This document shows, in pieces, positions 1 through 10,325 of a stretch of DNA of 64,000 nt. The notes below the pieces were generated by a model, which worked only from the letters and a program-made list of their open reading frames with translations, was not told the DNA's origin and searched no databases. The first letter of the stretch is position 1. Every line of letters begins with the position of its first letter. Made by a program: the position numbers and the translations under genes. The stretch is from contig JAFKJJ010000540.1 of NCBI GenBank assembly GCA_017306025.1, positions 1,640 through 65,639 on the forward strand, given 5' to 3'. The DNA is from Planctomycetota bacterium. Its GTDB lineage: Bacteria > Planctomycetota > Planctomycetia > Gemmatales > Gemmataceae.

Positions 1-1
1 G

Positions 2-52
2 AAGGACCGCAAGGTCGATGTGGACGTTCACCGCAAGGACAAGAACCCCTGA
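2..52 (+). CDS. 3' end of a gene entering from the left edge (..KDRKVDVDVHRKDKNP*)
   Basis: High-GC3 codons in frame 2 ending in TGA at 50-52, convergent with the TPR gene. Confidence 0.5.
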   Translation, partial: KDRKVDVDVHRKDKNP

Positions 53-54
53 CC

Positions 55-1299
55 TCACGCCCCGGCCGAACGCGCCGGGCGCTCGTCGCGGTAGAGTTCC
101 AGGCGCTCGGCGTACTCGGCCCGGCGCCCGTCGTCGGCGGTCCGGTCGATCGCCTTTTCCTGCCACTTGACCGCGTCTTCGAACTCGCCGCACTCGGCGC
201 ACGCGGCCGCGAGCGTGTCGAGGAAGCTCGGCTCGCCCCACTCGGTCAGCTCGCACGCCCGCGTCGCGCACTCGTGCGCCTGCCGGCCGTTGCGCACGTC
301 CGGGTCCGGGCACGTCGCCCAGATCCACGCGAGCTGGTTGAACGTACCGGCGCTCCGCGGGTCGCGCTTCAGCGCCTCCATGTGGTCGCGGATCGCCAGC
401 CCGTAGTTGTGCCGCGCGTAGTGGACCGCGGCGCGGTACGCGTAGGGCGCGATCGCCGAGGGTGCGAGCTTCACCGCCTCGTCGAAGTCGGCCAGCGCCC
501 CGTCGAAATCGCCGGCGGCCTTCCGCGCCCGGCCGCGCACCTCGTACCCCCTTATCACGCCTGGCATCAGCTTCAGGAACTCGGTCGCGTCGGCCGCGGC
601 CGATAGCGGGTCGTTCGTAACCAGTCGGCAAAGCGCACGCCCCAGCAGCGCGAACGGGTGCAGCGGCTTGACGGCGAGCGCGGCGCTGAAATCGTCCGCG
701 GCGCCCGCGACGTCGCCTGCTTCTTGTCGGATGCTGCCGCGGAGGAAGTACGCCTCCGCGTTCTTCGGGTCGGCCGCGACGACCGCGGCCGCGTCCTCGG
801 TCGCGGCGGCGTAGTCTTCGAGAGCGAGGTACAGTTTCGCGCGGAACAGGCGGTGGGCCGCGGCGTTGGCCGGGTCGGCGGCGATGGCCGCCGCGAAGTC
901 CTTGAACGCGGCTTCGCTGTTCCCGCCGTCGGCGTGGCACCGCGCGCGGAGGCCGATCAGTTCCACCCGCTTCGGGTCGAGGGCCAGCGCGCGGTCGCAG
1001 TCGGCGACGGCCTGATCGAACTGCCGCTGGGCGTAGAGTTCCGCGGCGCGGTCGGCGTAACCCTGCGGGTCGCCGGGCTTGAGCCGGACGGCCTGGTCGA
1101 GGTCGTTGAGGGCGCGGACGCGGTCGCCCATTTCGAGGTACGCGTAGGCCCGCATCCGGTACACCTCGGACACGTTCGGGCGCAGCCGGATGGCGCGCGA
1201 GAAGCACTCGACGGCTTCCTGGTAGTCGCGGGCGTCGAACGCCTTGTGTCCGCGGGTGAACAGGTCCTGGGCGTCTTCGGTGGCGCGGTCGCGTGGCAT
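55..1299 (-). CDS. Tetratricopeptide repeat protein
   Basis: Many TPR units (A..DFD.A..L.P) and C-terminal NQLAWIWATCPD..RNG..A motif with LDTLAAACAE. Start trimmed to MPRDRATED at 1299. Confidence 0.9.
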   Translation of the reverse strand: MPRDRATEDAQDLFTRGHKAFDARDYQEAVECFSRAIRLRPNVSEVYRMRAYAYLEMGDRVRALNDLDQAVRLKPGDPQGYADRAAELYAQRQFDQAVADCDRALALDPKRVELIGLRARCHADGGNSEAAFKDFAAAIAADPANAAAHRLFRAKLYLALEDYAAATEDAAAVVAADPKNAEAYFLRGSIRQEAGDVAGAADDFSAALAVKPLHPFALLGRALCRLVTNDPLSAAADATEFLKLMPGVIRGYEVRGRARKAAGDFDGALADFDEAVKLAPSAIAPYAYRAAVHYARHNYGLAIRDHMEALKRDPRSAGTFNQLAWIWATCPDPDVRNGRQAHECATRACELTEWGEPSFLDTLAAACAECGEFEDAVKWQEKAIDRTADDGRRAEYAERLELYRDERPARSAGA

Positions 1300-1434
1300 G
1301 GTGTCGCGTGGGCTGCCTGGGTGTTCGGGCTCTCGTGATCGGGTCGAACCGACGGGAGACAGGACCGGCGGCGCGCGGGGCCGGTTCGGGTATCTTAGCG
1401 GACGCCGCACCCGTTGTGGAACTGAGATACCGCG

Positions 1435-2352
1435 ATGCAGACGTTCCAGACGGAGACGTGCCTCCGCCACGACCTGCGCTTCTCCCCGGACGGCCGACGG
1501 CTGATGATCGGCTCCGGGTGGCCGGTGCTGTTCGACACACACGGCACGGAACCGCCCGTCACGCTGAAGCCGCTCGGCGGCCGATTCGCCGTCCACGCCC
1601 GATTCGCTCTCGGCGGGAGCGCGCTCGTCTACGCAGCCGACGGGCACGTTCACGACGGGCACGTTCACGTCTGGGACTTCGCGACCGGGCACGAGAGGGT
1701 TCGGAAACACGCGGGACCGAACATCAGGGGCCTGGCCGTCGACCCCGGCGGGGCGGTCGTGTACGAAACGCACATCACCCCGGACGCGTTCTCGTGGCGC
1801 ACGGAGGTCCGCGCGTTCGACGTGGCGACCGGCGAGCCGAGAGGACGGTTCCCGGCTCACGAGGGCGCGTTTGCAGGGCCGATCGTGTCGGCCGACGGTC
1901 GGCGACTGGCCGGTTGCGGTTCGTGGAGCGCGTGCGTGTGGGACCTGACCGCCCCGGATGCCCCGGAATCAGCGGTCGTGGAAGTGCGTGCCGGGAAGCT
2001 CGGGACACACCTGGACGGCATCGCGCTGTCGGCCGACGGCACGTGGCTGGCGACGATCAACCACCGCGGCCTCACCCTCTGGGACGTCTCGGGCGCGTCG
2101 GCGAGCGAGGTGTTTCGCTCCGGCAAGCACCGGCGCCGCGTGAGTGCGGTCGCATGCGGTCCGACGAGGCCGGTTCTTGCCACCGGCGACACCGCGGGAC
2201 AGGTTTTCTTGTGGGACCATACCGGGCGCGTACTGAACCGTTACGACTGGGGCTTGAGCGAGGTGTACGCGCTGTGCTTCGCGCCAGATGGGCTCCGCTG
2301 CGCCGTGGCCGATGGGAAGGGGAAGATCGTTGTGTGGGACCTGGACGCGTGA
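1435..2352 (+). CDS. WD40 repeat protein
   Basis: FSPDGR, VHVWD, LATGD..G.V.LWD, FAPDG..CAV...GKIVVWD. Confidence 0.85.
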   Translation: MQTFQTETCLRHDLRFSPDGRRLMIGSGWPVLFDTHGTEPPVTLKPLGGRFAVHARFALGGSALVYAADGHVHDGHVHVWDFATGHERVRKHAGPNIRGLAVDPGGAVVYETHITPDAFSWRTEVRAFDVATGEPRGRFPAHEGAFAGPIVSADGRRLAGCGSWSACVWDLTAPDAPESAVVEVRAGKLGTHLDGIALSADGTWLATINHRGLTLWDVSGASASEVFRSGKHRRRVSAVACGPTRPVLATGDTAGQVFLWDHTGRVLNRYDWGLSEVYALCFAPDGLRCAVADGKGKIVVWDLDA

Positions 2353-2633
2353 GCCGGTGAGGCGCATGCAAAAGCGAACAGCGGCCACCGGCCACTTCTC
2401 TCATCACGGGGTGTGAAATAGCCGTAATGAGAGCGTGCCACAATTGCTCATGAGTTTCTGATAAGGTGATCGCGGCAAACGGACCCTGGTCACAATTCGC
2501 GCACAGGGTGCGCAATTCTGCCACACCATCCGGCAGGCCGTACGGTTGCGGCGCTGCGGACCGGGCAATCCTCAAGATTAATTCACTCAACCGCCCGGCG
2601 AATCGCCACGTTGTCCACCTGGAACGTTGGTGG

Positions 2634-2648
2634 TGGCACCCCAATTGC
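2634..2648 (+). promoter_or_regulatory. Putative sigma-54 (-24/-12) promoter of the DUF1559 gene
   Basis: TGGCACCCCAATTGC matches TGGCAC-N5-TTGC with exact GG-N10-GC spacing, ~100 bp upstream of the ATG. Confidence 0.6.
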
Positions 2649-2749
2649 GTGAGTGAAACACCAACAAACTGTCCCCTGGTTCGTCCCGTCTCCCACCAGT
2701 CCGCTGGGTGCAGCGGGCGTTCTCGTTCTACCTTCGAGGAGTCGACCTG

Positions 2750-3673
2750 ATGCCGGTCCGTTCCACAACCCGCGCCCGTTGGCGCGGGTTTACGCTCATT
2801 GAGTTGCTGGTGGTGATCGCGATCATCGCGATCCTCATCGGACTGCTCCTCCCCGCCGTCCAGAAGGTGCGCGAGGCCGCCGCCCGAATGAGCAGCCAGA
2901 ACAACCTCAAGCAGATGGGCTTGGCCCTGCACAACCTTGCGGGTACTCAGTCCAACCAGACGTTCTGCGCCGGGTGGGGTGGGGTCGGGGCCACCACCAA
3001 CACCACCGACTTCGTGCGGCCGTGGCTGTGGCACATCCTCCCCTACATCGAGCAGGATAACACCGCCAAGAACGCCGCCACCACCACAGCCGTCAAGACC
3101 TTCAACGCCCCGTCCGACGCGTCGTTCGTCAGCGGACAGGCCCAGACCAGCTACGCCGGCAACGCCCTTGTGCTGACGATCGCCAATCCGACCAGCCCGC
3201 CGGCCCTCGGTTCGACCACCGCGTACACCGCGAAGTTGTACAGCATGAACTCCCCCGGCGACGGAACCTCGAACACGGTCCTGATCGCGGAACGGTACGC
3301 GACCAGTTACATCGCCTACGCCTCGACGATCTCTTACTACACCGCAACGACTTCGTCGGGCACTGCGACCGTCAACCTCACCAACCTCGTGGCCCAACCG
3401 CACCTGTGGTACGGGACCAACGCGTCGCACGTGTTGTTCCTCCCGCAGGTGGCCCAGACGGCCGCCCCGTTCCCGTTCCAAGTCAAGCCGCCCCTCAGCG
3501 GGACCACCCCGCGCCCGGCCGACGACTGCGTGCCCCAGGGCATGTCGTCGGGCGTCATGAGCGTTGCCATGTGCGACGGCAGCGTGCGCGGCGTGTCTTC
3601 CAGCGTCTCCAACCAGACCTGGGTGTACGCTTGCGATCCGAACGACGGACTCGTCCTCCCGTCGAACTGGTAA
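2750..3673 (+). CDS. DUF1559 family prepilin-type N-terminal cleavage/methylation protein
   Basis: [74 protein letters not shown]. Confidence 0.95.
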   Translation: MPVRSTTRARWRGFTLIELLVVIAIIAILIGLLLPAVQKVREAAARMSSQNNLKQMGLALHNLAGTQSNQTFCAGWGGVGATTNTTDFVRPWLWHILPYIEQDNTAKNAATTTAVKTFNAPSDASFVSGQAQTSYAGNALVLTIANPTSPPALGSTTAYTAKLYSMNSPGDGTSNTVLIAERYATSYIAYASTISYYTATTSSGTATVNLTNLVAQPHLWYGTNASHVLFLPQVAQTAAPFPFQVKPPLSGTTPRPADDCVPQGMSSGVMSVAMCDGSVRGVSSSVSNQTWVYACDPNDGLVLPSNW

Positions 3674-3683
3674 TCGTGTTCCA

Positions 3684-3718
3684 ACCGCGTGCGGCCGAAG
3701 CGAACGGCCGCACGCGGT
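3684..3718. terminator. Hairpin between convergent genes
   Basis: ACCGCGTGCGGCCG / CGGCCGCACGCGGT 14-bp perfect stem, 7-nt loop. Confidence 0.6.
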
Positions 3719-4590
3719 CACTTCACGTCGAGAACGAAGACGTCACTCCCGCCGGCTCGCGTTGAGACGAACGCGAGTTTTTTCCCGTCCGGGTGCCACG
3801 CCGGCGCCGTGTCCCGCGCCTTGTTGTCGGTCAGGTTCACCAGTTCCTTGCCGTCGGCGGTCATTAGCCAGATGTCATAGTCGCCAGCGCGGTTGGACAC
3901 GAACGCGACGTGCTTGCCGTTGGGCCGCCACGCGGGCCACGCGTCGAGAAACTCGCCGTCGGTGAGCTTCTTCACGTTTGTCCCGTCGGCGCCCATCACA
4001 TGAATCTTCTGCCGGCCGCTCCGCCCGCTGGCGAACGCGATGAGCTTTCCGTCGGGGCTCCACGCCGGGTGCAGGTCGTAGGCGGGGTCGTTGGTGAGCC
4101 GCTTCACGTCCTTGCCGTCAACCGACACGGTGTAGAGGTCCGGGTTGCCGTCGCGCGTGGACACCCACAGCACCGACTTGCCGTCCGGACTGAACCGCGG
4201 TGATTCCTCGAACGCCTTGTGCGGGACCAGCGTCCGGTCATCCGTCCCGTCGGCGTTGCACACGTTGACGCGCAGCTTGCCGTCGGTGCCTTGGAGCTGG
4301 TCATAAACGTAAACGATCCGCTTGCCGTCCTGGGAAAAGTGGCCGTCGAAGTGCGGCTCGGAGTGGTCGGGGAGCAGGCGTTTCATCTCACCGCCGGCCG
4401 CGGGCATCGTCCAGAGGCTCATCTTCCCCTGGTGGATGCGCGTGAACAGGAGCGTCTTGCCGTCGGGGGACCACTGGAGGTTCTGCTTGAAGCTGCCGTC
4501 GGTGGTGAGGCGGACGGGTTCACCGCCGAGACCGCGAAGGGGAAGGCAAAGAAGGGCGAGAACCACGGAAGCCGATCGAATTCCGCGCAT
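3718..4590 (-). CDS. TolB-like PD40 beta-propeller secreted protein
   Basis: Signal peptide plus repeated P.WSPDGK..AF.S.R.G. Confidence 0.9.
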   Translation of the reverse strand: MRGIRSASVVLALLCLPLRGLGGEPVRLTTDGSFKQNLQWSPDGKTLLFTRIHQGKMSLWTMPAAGGEMKRLLPDHSEPHFDGHFSQDGKRIVYVYDQLQGTDGKLRVNVCNADGTDDRTLVPHKAFEESPRFSPDGKSVLWVSTRDGNPDLYTVSVDGKDVKRLTNDPAYDLHPAWSPDGKLIAFASGRSGRQKIHVMGADGTNVKKLTDGEFLDAWPAWRPNGKHVAFVSNRAGDYDIWLMTADGKELVNLTDNKARDTAPAWHPDGKKLAFVSTRAGGSDVFVLDVK

Positions 4591-4651
4591 GCTATCTTCC
4601 CCCGCGCCCACTGTGGTCTCGGCGGCACAAACTCTTCTGAGAACGATCGCG

Positions 4652-4750
4652 GAGAAGAGCCACGGATGACACGGAAGACGCGGATAATAAGAATATTAAA
4701 CAATTATTTTATTCTGATCCGTGTTTTCTGTGTCATCCGTGGCTCTTCTC
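4652..4750. repeat. Palindromic intergenic element with CACGGATGA-type 9-mer arms and AT-rich core
   Basis: GAGAAGAGCCACGGATGACAC (4652-4672) is the perfect reverse complement of 4730-4750. Confidence 0.8.
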
Positions 4751-4808
4751 ATCTCTTCTCACCTCTTCTTGTCCGGGTCGCCGAACCGGCCGGGCTCGTG
4801 ACGGTTCC

Positions 4809-6167
4809 TCAGTTCCCGCTCGGAGCGCCGCCGGCGAAGCCGAGGAGCGAACGTGTCATCGGACCGCCCGCGACCAGCAGTTCGGCCAGCGCCTCGTCCA
4901 CGTGCCGATCGGTGACGACCAGTTCATCGCCCGTGCCGTTGGCCTCCGCGGCCAGTACCGCGGCCTTGCGGAGCAGTTCGCGGACGAACGCGGCGCTGAC
5001 CCCTTTGGTGCGCCGAACCCATACCTCGGGGTCCGCCAGTTCGAGTCTCAGCCCGCGGCCGTAGAGGGCGAACAGCCGGCGCCGGCACTCCTCGTCCGGC
5101 AACGGAACCTCGATTGCGAGGTCGATACGGCCCGGCCGCGCCGCGAGCGCCGGTTCCAGGAAGTCCGGGCGGTTGGTGGTGAGGAGGAACAGGATGTCGG
5201 CGTCTTCGCCCAGGCCGTCCATCTGGTTGAGCAACTCGAAGAGCAGCGCGTTGGCACAGACCGACTGGTGCTCGCGCTCGGTGCCGATCAGGTCCACGTC
5301 TTCGAGGATGATCGTGGCCGGTTCGAGCAACCGGGCGAGGGCGCAGGCGGTTTCGATCGAGCCGACCGCGCCGCCGGTGAGCACCATCACCGTGCGGCCC
5401 GGCATCTGGGCCGCGAGGTACATCGCCGAGAGCGTCTTGCCGGTGCCGGGCTTGCCGTGCATCAGGATGCCGCGCTTGAGGTGCCGGCCCGCGGCCTTCA
5501 ACTTGTCGGCGTACTTGCTGAGGCCCATCGCCTGCCGCTCGATCCGCCGGAGCAGGTCTTCGGGCAGGATCAGGTTCTCGCGCCGCACGTCGGGGAGCTT
5601 GTGGAAGCGGACCGTCGGGCCGTCGGAGCGGTTGCCCTCGACCGACAGCACCTTGCCGCGGAACGCGGACCCGTGGCGCACGCCGGCCGCGAGCTTGCGG
5701 CCGAACCGCTCGGCGGTCTCGCGGTCGGCGGCCATGACCGCGACCTCCAGGCCCTTCTCGGAGCGGTACGTGTCCTCCTCCGCGACAAGCAGCGCCAGCG
5801 GTCGACCGGCTTCGCGGAACGTGTAGAGCCCCTGCTTGACGCACGCGAGCTTCTGCTCGTCGGCCAGTTGTACGTCCGCGTACTGGACCGGCCCCTCCTG
5901 AAACGACTTGGCGGTTTCCTTGCGCGCGAGTTTCGCCAGAGACAGGCCGGAATACCGTTCGACGAGAACGCCGACCAGCGCCGCCGGGGGATCGGACGCC
6001 GCGAGCAGTTCTTGGAGGGTGAGGTGCAAGTTGGCGCGGTCATAACTGGGGAAGGTCTGCTCGATGACCGGCAGTTTGGCCGGGTCGGTGCCGAAGTGCT
6101 TACGGAGCCTCGTGAACAGTGCAGGTGCTCTGCTCGGCTTTCTGGAACGCTTCTTCGCCTTCGCCAT
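4809..6167 (-). CDS. AAA+ family ATPase
   Basis: Walker A GKPGTGKT, Walker B ILEDVD, TTNRP..L.PAL..RPGRID second region of homology. Confidence 0.9.
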   Translation of the reverse strand: MAKAKKRSRKPSRAPALFTRLRKHFGTDPAKLPVIEQTFPSYDRANLHLTLQELLAASDPPAALVGVLVERYSGLSLAKLARKETAKSFQEGPVQYADVQLADEQKLACVKQGLYTFREAGRPLALLVAEEDTYRSEKGLEVAVMAADRETAERFGRKLAAGVRHGSAFRGKVLSVEGNRSDGPTVRFHKLPDVRRENLILPEDLLRRIERQAMGLSKYADKLKAAGRHLKRGILMHGKPGTGKTLSAMYLAAQMPGRTVMVLTGGAVGSIETACALARLLEPATIILEDVDLIGTEREHQSVCANALLFELLNQMDGLGEDADILFLLTTNRPDFLEPALAARPGRIDLAIEVPLPDEECRRRLFALYGRGLRLELADPEVWVRRTKGVSAAFVRELLRKAAVLAAEANGTGDELVVTDRHVDEALAELLVAGGPMTRSLLGFAGGAPSGN

Positions 6168-6239
6168 CGCGGTCTCCGTCAGCGGTTGAGCGGGAACGGA
6201 CCTTGCGAACTGGACGCCGGGAAGGTGAAACGAGTTCGC

Positions 6240-7619
6240 TCAGAACAGCTCCTCGATGACGCGGCCGGCCGGCGCGAGGCCCAACCCGGTGATCTGCTCG
6301 CTCGTCAGGCCGATGGCGTGTTGCACGGTGGCGTTGAGATCGGCGGGTGTGAGCGGCGTGTCGGCCGGCTTCGCGGCCGTCGCGTCGCTCGTGCCGACGA
6401 ACCGCCCGCCCTTCACCCCGCCGCCCGCGACCAGCGCGCAGTAACAGTCCGGGTGGTGCTCGCGGCCCGCCTTGTCGTTGATCTTCGGCGAGCGGCCGAA
6501 CTCTCCCACCGCGAGAACGAGCGTCGAATCGAGCATCCGCCGGTCGTGCAAGTCGGCGAGCAGCGCGCTCATCGACTGATCGAGCCACGGCGCGTGCCGG
6601 TCCTGCATGATCTGGAAGTTGCGGTAGTGGTGGTCCCAGCCGCCGTCACCGGCGTCCTCTTCCGCCTCGACGTGGTCGCTCCAGTTTACCTGCACGAACG
6701 GCACGCCGGCCTCGACCAGGCGCCGCGCCAGCAGGCACGACTGCCCGAACCGAGTGCGACCGTAGGCGTCTTTGGTCGCGTCCGATTCTTTGGAGAGGTC
6801 GAAACCGGCCGCCGCGGTGCGCGAGGTGAGCATCGCGAACGCCCGCCCCCGATATTCGTCGAGCGCGCCCGCGGCGCCGAGGTCGGCCACGCGCCGGTCG
6901 GCGTTTCCGAGTGCGCCGAGGAGTTGCTGCCGGTCGCTCATGCGTTCCGGGGTGAGTTCCTTCGGCAACTGGAGCGCGGGCACCTTCGTTCCGCTAGACG
7001 GGTCGTACTCCAGCCGGAACGGGTCCCATGCCGCCCCGAGCGGCCCGCCGCCCTCGCCGATGATCGCCTTCTTCCCCTGGTGAAGTTTGCCCCCGACCAC
7101 GAAGAACGGGTGAACTCCCTGCCGGCGCCCGCCGCTCGCGAGCGCCTTCGCGACGATCGAACCCAGCGCGGGCCGTGCGGAGCCTTGCAGCGGCTTGCCG
7201 TCCAGCCCGGTACCGCCCGCGGCGCTACCGGTGAGCCCGATCGTACCCGCGATGCCGTGGTCGTTGGACTGTGTGTGCAGCGAGCGGACGACCGCGAGCT
7301 TGTCGGTGAGTTTCGCCAGTTGCGGGAACAGTTCGCAGAACCGCAGTCCGGTGATGCGCGTGGGGATCGTGCCGAACGGCCCGCGGTAGTCGAGCGTGGC
7401 GTTCGGCTTGGGGTCGAAGGTGTCGAGCTGGCTCGGCCCGCCCCACAGCCACAGCAGGATGACCGCTTTCGCTTTCGCGCCCTCGCCGGTGCCCGCCGCA
7501 CGCGCCCGTAGCAGATCCGCGAGCGACAGCCCCAGCACGCTCGACGCGCCAACTTGAAGGAATGCGCGGCGGTGAGGCCCGGAGCAGGTGCGGGTGATCC
7601 GACGGCCGACCAGGAGCAT
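6240..7619 (-). CDS. DUF1501 domain protein
   Basis: RRAFLQVG, LLWLWGGPSQLDTFDPKP, GQSCLLARRLVEAGVPFV, GEFGRSPKIN. Confidence 0.93.
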   Translation of the reverse strand: MLLVGRRITRTCSGPHRRAFLQVGASSVLGLSLADLLRARAAGTGEGAKAKAVILLWLWGGPSQLDTFDPKPNATLDYRGPFGTIPTRITGLRFCELFPQLAKLTDKLAVVRSLHTQSNDHGIAGTIGLTGSAAGGTGLDGKPLQGSARPALGSIVAKALASGGRRQGVHPFFVVGGKLHQGKKAIIGEGGGPLGAAWDPFRLEYDPSSGTKVPALQLPKELTPERMSDRQQLLGALGNADRRVADLGAAGALDEYRGRAFAMLTSRTAAAGFDLSKESDATKDAYGRTRFGQSCLLARRLVEAGVPFVQVNWSDHVEAEEDAGDGGWDHHYRNFQIMQDRHAPWLDQSMSALLADLHDRRMLDSTLVLAVGEFGRSPKINDKAGREHHPDCYCALVAGGGVKGGRFVGTSDATAAKPADTPLTPADLNATVQHAIGLTSEQITGLGLAPAGRVIEELF

Positions 7620-7751
7620 GGGGAGAGGCCCTCTGCGAGATGCGCCCATTATCGGCACGAACTATGGAAGGCACAAGCGCGCCCGGGGCAGAAGGCCGAA
7701 AGGCGGCTATACTGCTCGCGGTACCCGCGGTCGGAAAGCGAGGGCTTCCGA

Positions 7752-8576
7752 ATGGCGACGATCGACGTCGACGCGTACTTCCAGCGGATCGGCTACACCG
7801 GCGGGCGGGCTCCGACGCTCGAAACGCTGCGCGCGATCCACCTCCGACACGCGGAGACGATCCCGTTCGAGAACCTGAACCCGCTCCTGAAGTGGCCGGT
7901 GAAACTCGATCCGGCTTCGATCGAACGGAAGTTGGTTCACGAGCGCCGCGGCGGATACTGCTTCGAGCAGAACCAGTTGCTCCGCCACGCGCTGGAGGGG
8001 CTCGGCTTCCGCGTGTCGGGTCTGGCGGCCCGCGTCCTGTGGTACGTGCCCGACGGCGTCACGCCCCGCACCCACATGGTGCTCCGGGTCAAGGCCGACG
8101 GCGAGGAGTACATCGCCGACGTCGGGTTCGGCAGTCAGACGCTGACCGGTCCGCTCCGGCTCGTGCCAGACGTCGCGCAGGATACCCCGCACGGCCCGTT
8201 CCGGCTCCGTCCGGTCGGTGGAGAATTCGTGATGGAATCGGAGATCCGTGGCGAGTGGCGGCCACTGTACCGGTTCGACCTGAGCGAACACCATCCGATC
8301 GACTACGAGGTGGCAAACTGGTACGTCTCGACGTGCCCGGCGTCGCAGTTCACGACGACCCTGATCGCCGCCCGACCGGCCCCTGGTAAGCGTTACGTGT
8401 TGCGCGACAACGATCTGGGGGTGCACACGCGCGACGGCACCGAGCGCCGCATCCTCACGAGCGCGGCCGAACTGCGGGAGGCACTAACGGGCGTGTTCGG
8501 CATCGCGCTGCCCGAAGGGCCGGAACTTGACGTGGCACTGGAGCGCGCGGCCGCGAAGCCGCGCCCGGTGGGGTGA
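7752..8576 (+). CDS. Arylamine N-acetyltransferase
   Basis: IPFENL, RRGGYCFEQN (catalytic Cys), THM, ADVGFG triad motifs. Confidence 0.95.
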   Translation: MATIDVDAYFQRIGYTGGRAPTLETLRAIHLRHAETIPFENLNPLLKWPVKLDPASIERKLVHERRGGYCFEQNQLLRHALEGLGFRVSGLAARVLWYVPDGVTPRTHMVLRVKADGEEYIADVGFGSQTLTGPLRLVPDVAQDTPHGPFRLRPVGGEFVMESEIRGEWRPLYRFDLSEHHPIDYEVANWYVSTCPASQFTTTLIAARPAPGKRYVLRDNDLGVHTRDGTERRILTSAAELREALTGVFGIALPEGPELDVALERAAAKPRPVG

Positions 8577-8660
8577 GTATGGGCGGGTGGTGTTGATTTG
8601 TGATCGACCGAACGAAGTAGCGATGGGTAGAATTAAGCGACCACCCGACGAGGGCTTGTT

Positions 8661-9359
8661 GTGGACGAGAACCTACCCGGTATAGCCAAGATCGCGAAAC
8701 TGCCCCGGTCGGCACGTGTCGCGTTCGCGGCTCGGTGCGCTCGGCGAGTGTTACCATTAGTGAAGCACTATTGGCCGAACGCCCCTGAACATCACCTGAA
8801 GGCTCTTGACAGAGCCGTTAGCGTTGCGGAGAACGCCGCCGACGCCGCCCGCTCCGCCGCTGACGCCGCCGCCCGCGCCAGCGCCGCCGCCCGCGCCGCC
8901 CGCGCCGCCGACGCCGCCGACGCCGCCCACGCCGCCGACGCCGCCGCCTACGCTGCCGCCGCCCTGGCCGGCGACGCCGCCTACGCCGCCGCCGCCGCCG
9001 CCGCTGCCTACGCCGCCTACGCCACCGCCCGTCGATTCATTGCTCGCGATTTCAAAACGCTCGTCGAGGCCGCGGCAGCCGGCAAGTGGACCAACCAGAC
9101 ACCGGTTCCACCAACCGTATTCGGCCCGATGTGGCCGGAGGGCGTGCCTCCGGACTGGCCACTCGCCCCCGATGCCGATGTCCTCCGACTTCGCATCGAA
9201 ATCCCGGACGGCGCCACGGACGAGGACGTCAAACGGATGGTTCGGGAACTGGTCGGCGCAATGAACGACGTTCACCGCGCATCCAGCGGGAGTGGGCTTC
9301 AGGTCGATAACCTTCGGCTGTTCGACACGTCCGGTGTGCCGGCGGGGGTGCCGCAATGA
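8661..9359 (+). CDS. Hypothetical Ala-rich protein, N-terminus reminiscent of Imm5-like proteins
   Basis: FAARCARRVLPL followed by an Ala-rich tract. ATGA overlap with next gene. Confidence 0.65.
   Translation: MDENLPGIAKIAKLPRSARVAFAARCARRVLPLVKHYWPNAPEHHLKALDRAVSVAENAADAARSAADAAARASAAARAARAADAADAAHAADAAAYAAAALAGDAAYAAAAAAAAYAAYATARRFIARDFKTLVEAAAAGKWTNQTPVPPTVFGPMWPEGVPPDWPLAPDADVLRLRIEIPDGATDEDVKRMVRELVGAMNDVHRASSGSGLQVDNLRLFDTSGVPAGVPQ
8835..9030 (+). repeat. Low-complexity (GCC)n-rich tract encoding a poly-Ala region
   Basis: Repeated GCCGCCGAC/GCCGCCTAC/GCCGCCCGC units. Confidence 0.8.
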
Positions 9360-9763
9360 GCAACCAACCCCGCACGAAGCGATACATCGAGCTCGATCTC
9401 GTCACACGAGTACCCGGTGACAAACCGGAGGCGATGGAGGCGGTTCGGCGCCCCCTGTCGGATGCACCACCGACCGAACCCGGCTTCACGCTGCAAGAAC
9501 AACTTGAGGGGGAAGTTCGCGAGGAGGCCGCGGAGAAGTTGACCTCTCGTAACCGCGAGCGGGACGAACTCCTCACCGCCGCCACGCAGCTCAAGGTTGA
9601 AGGTGCCGCGATCGCCGACCGCTTCGGCACGGTTCTGGTTCAGCACGTCGCCACGGTCGGCACGGCCGCCGAGCAGAAAGAGGCCGAGACCGCGTATCGG
9701 CGCGTGCTCGATGCCTCACGGGCCAAAGGATACAATGTGTTCAGGCGCCCCGCCGAAGAGTAA
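9356..9763 (+). CDS. Hypothetical protein
   Basis: 135-aa ORF translationally coupled (ATGA) to the upstream gene. Confidence 0.65.
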   Translation: MSNQPRTKRYIELDLVTRVPGDKPEAMEAVRRPLSDAPPTEPGFTLQEQLEGEVREEAAEKLTSRNRERDELLTAATQLKVEGAAIADRFGTVLVQHVATVGTAAEQKEAETAYRRVLDASRAKGYNVFRRPAEE

Positions 9764-9775
9764 CGGGGAATCGAC

Positions 9776-10312
9776 GTGAACCCGCCAATCGCACTGGCAC
9801 CGAACACGGAACGGCTGAAGGCTCTGGCCGTTCAGCCGAATTCTGCGGAGCTTCGAATCGCCGAACTGGACGAATTGCTCGCGGACGACGACCGCTGGCT
9901 CGGCCAGTTCGAAGACGTTTACGAAAAGGCGTGCGCGAAGTTCGACGAGGGCGGGGACGCGGGTGAAGTCGTCCTGTTGCTGTGGGGAACCGCTTGCGAC
10001 CGGATGAGCGCCTACCAGAGCCTCATCAACGACGCGCGCACAAACGCACGTGGGCAATTCCGCAGACGGTTCATTGCCGCCGTCACGCTCCGAATGGAGC
10101 GGCTCGTCGAACTGATGCGGACGATGGTCGTCGTTTGGCAGGAACTCGAACTCGAAACACCCGACGCGATTTACGAAGCCGTCTGGACGATCCGGATTCC
10201 GGTTGTGGCGCAACTCCGGGCGATGTGGAACCTGTTCTGGTCGTCGATACTCCATCCGCGGTCGGAAACGACGATCGAACTGAAGACCGGCCGCGTGCTG
10301 GCCGCCGACTGA
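9776..10312 (+). CDS. Hypothetical helical protein
   Basis: 178-aa ORF, 12-bp gap, GGGGA RBS-like sequence. Confidence 0.65.
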   Translation: MNPPIALAPNTERLKALAVQPNSAELRIAELDELLADDDRWLGQFEDVYEKACAKFDEGGDAGEVVLLLWGTACDRMSAYQSLINDARTNARGQFRRRFIAAVTLRMERLVELMRTMVVVWQELELETPDAIYEAVWTIRIPVVAQLRAMWNLFWSSILHPRSETTIELKTGRVLAAD

Positions 10313-10325
10313 ACGAGGAGTCGCC

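Noticed and set aside
8806-9264. Pro/Thr-rich ORF and Gly-rich antisense ORF (8757..9356)
   Set aside because: Alternative frames of the GCC-repeat tract in the Ala-rich gene.
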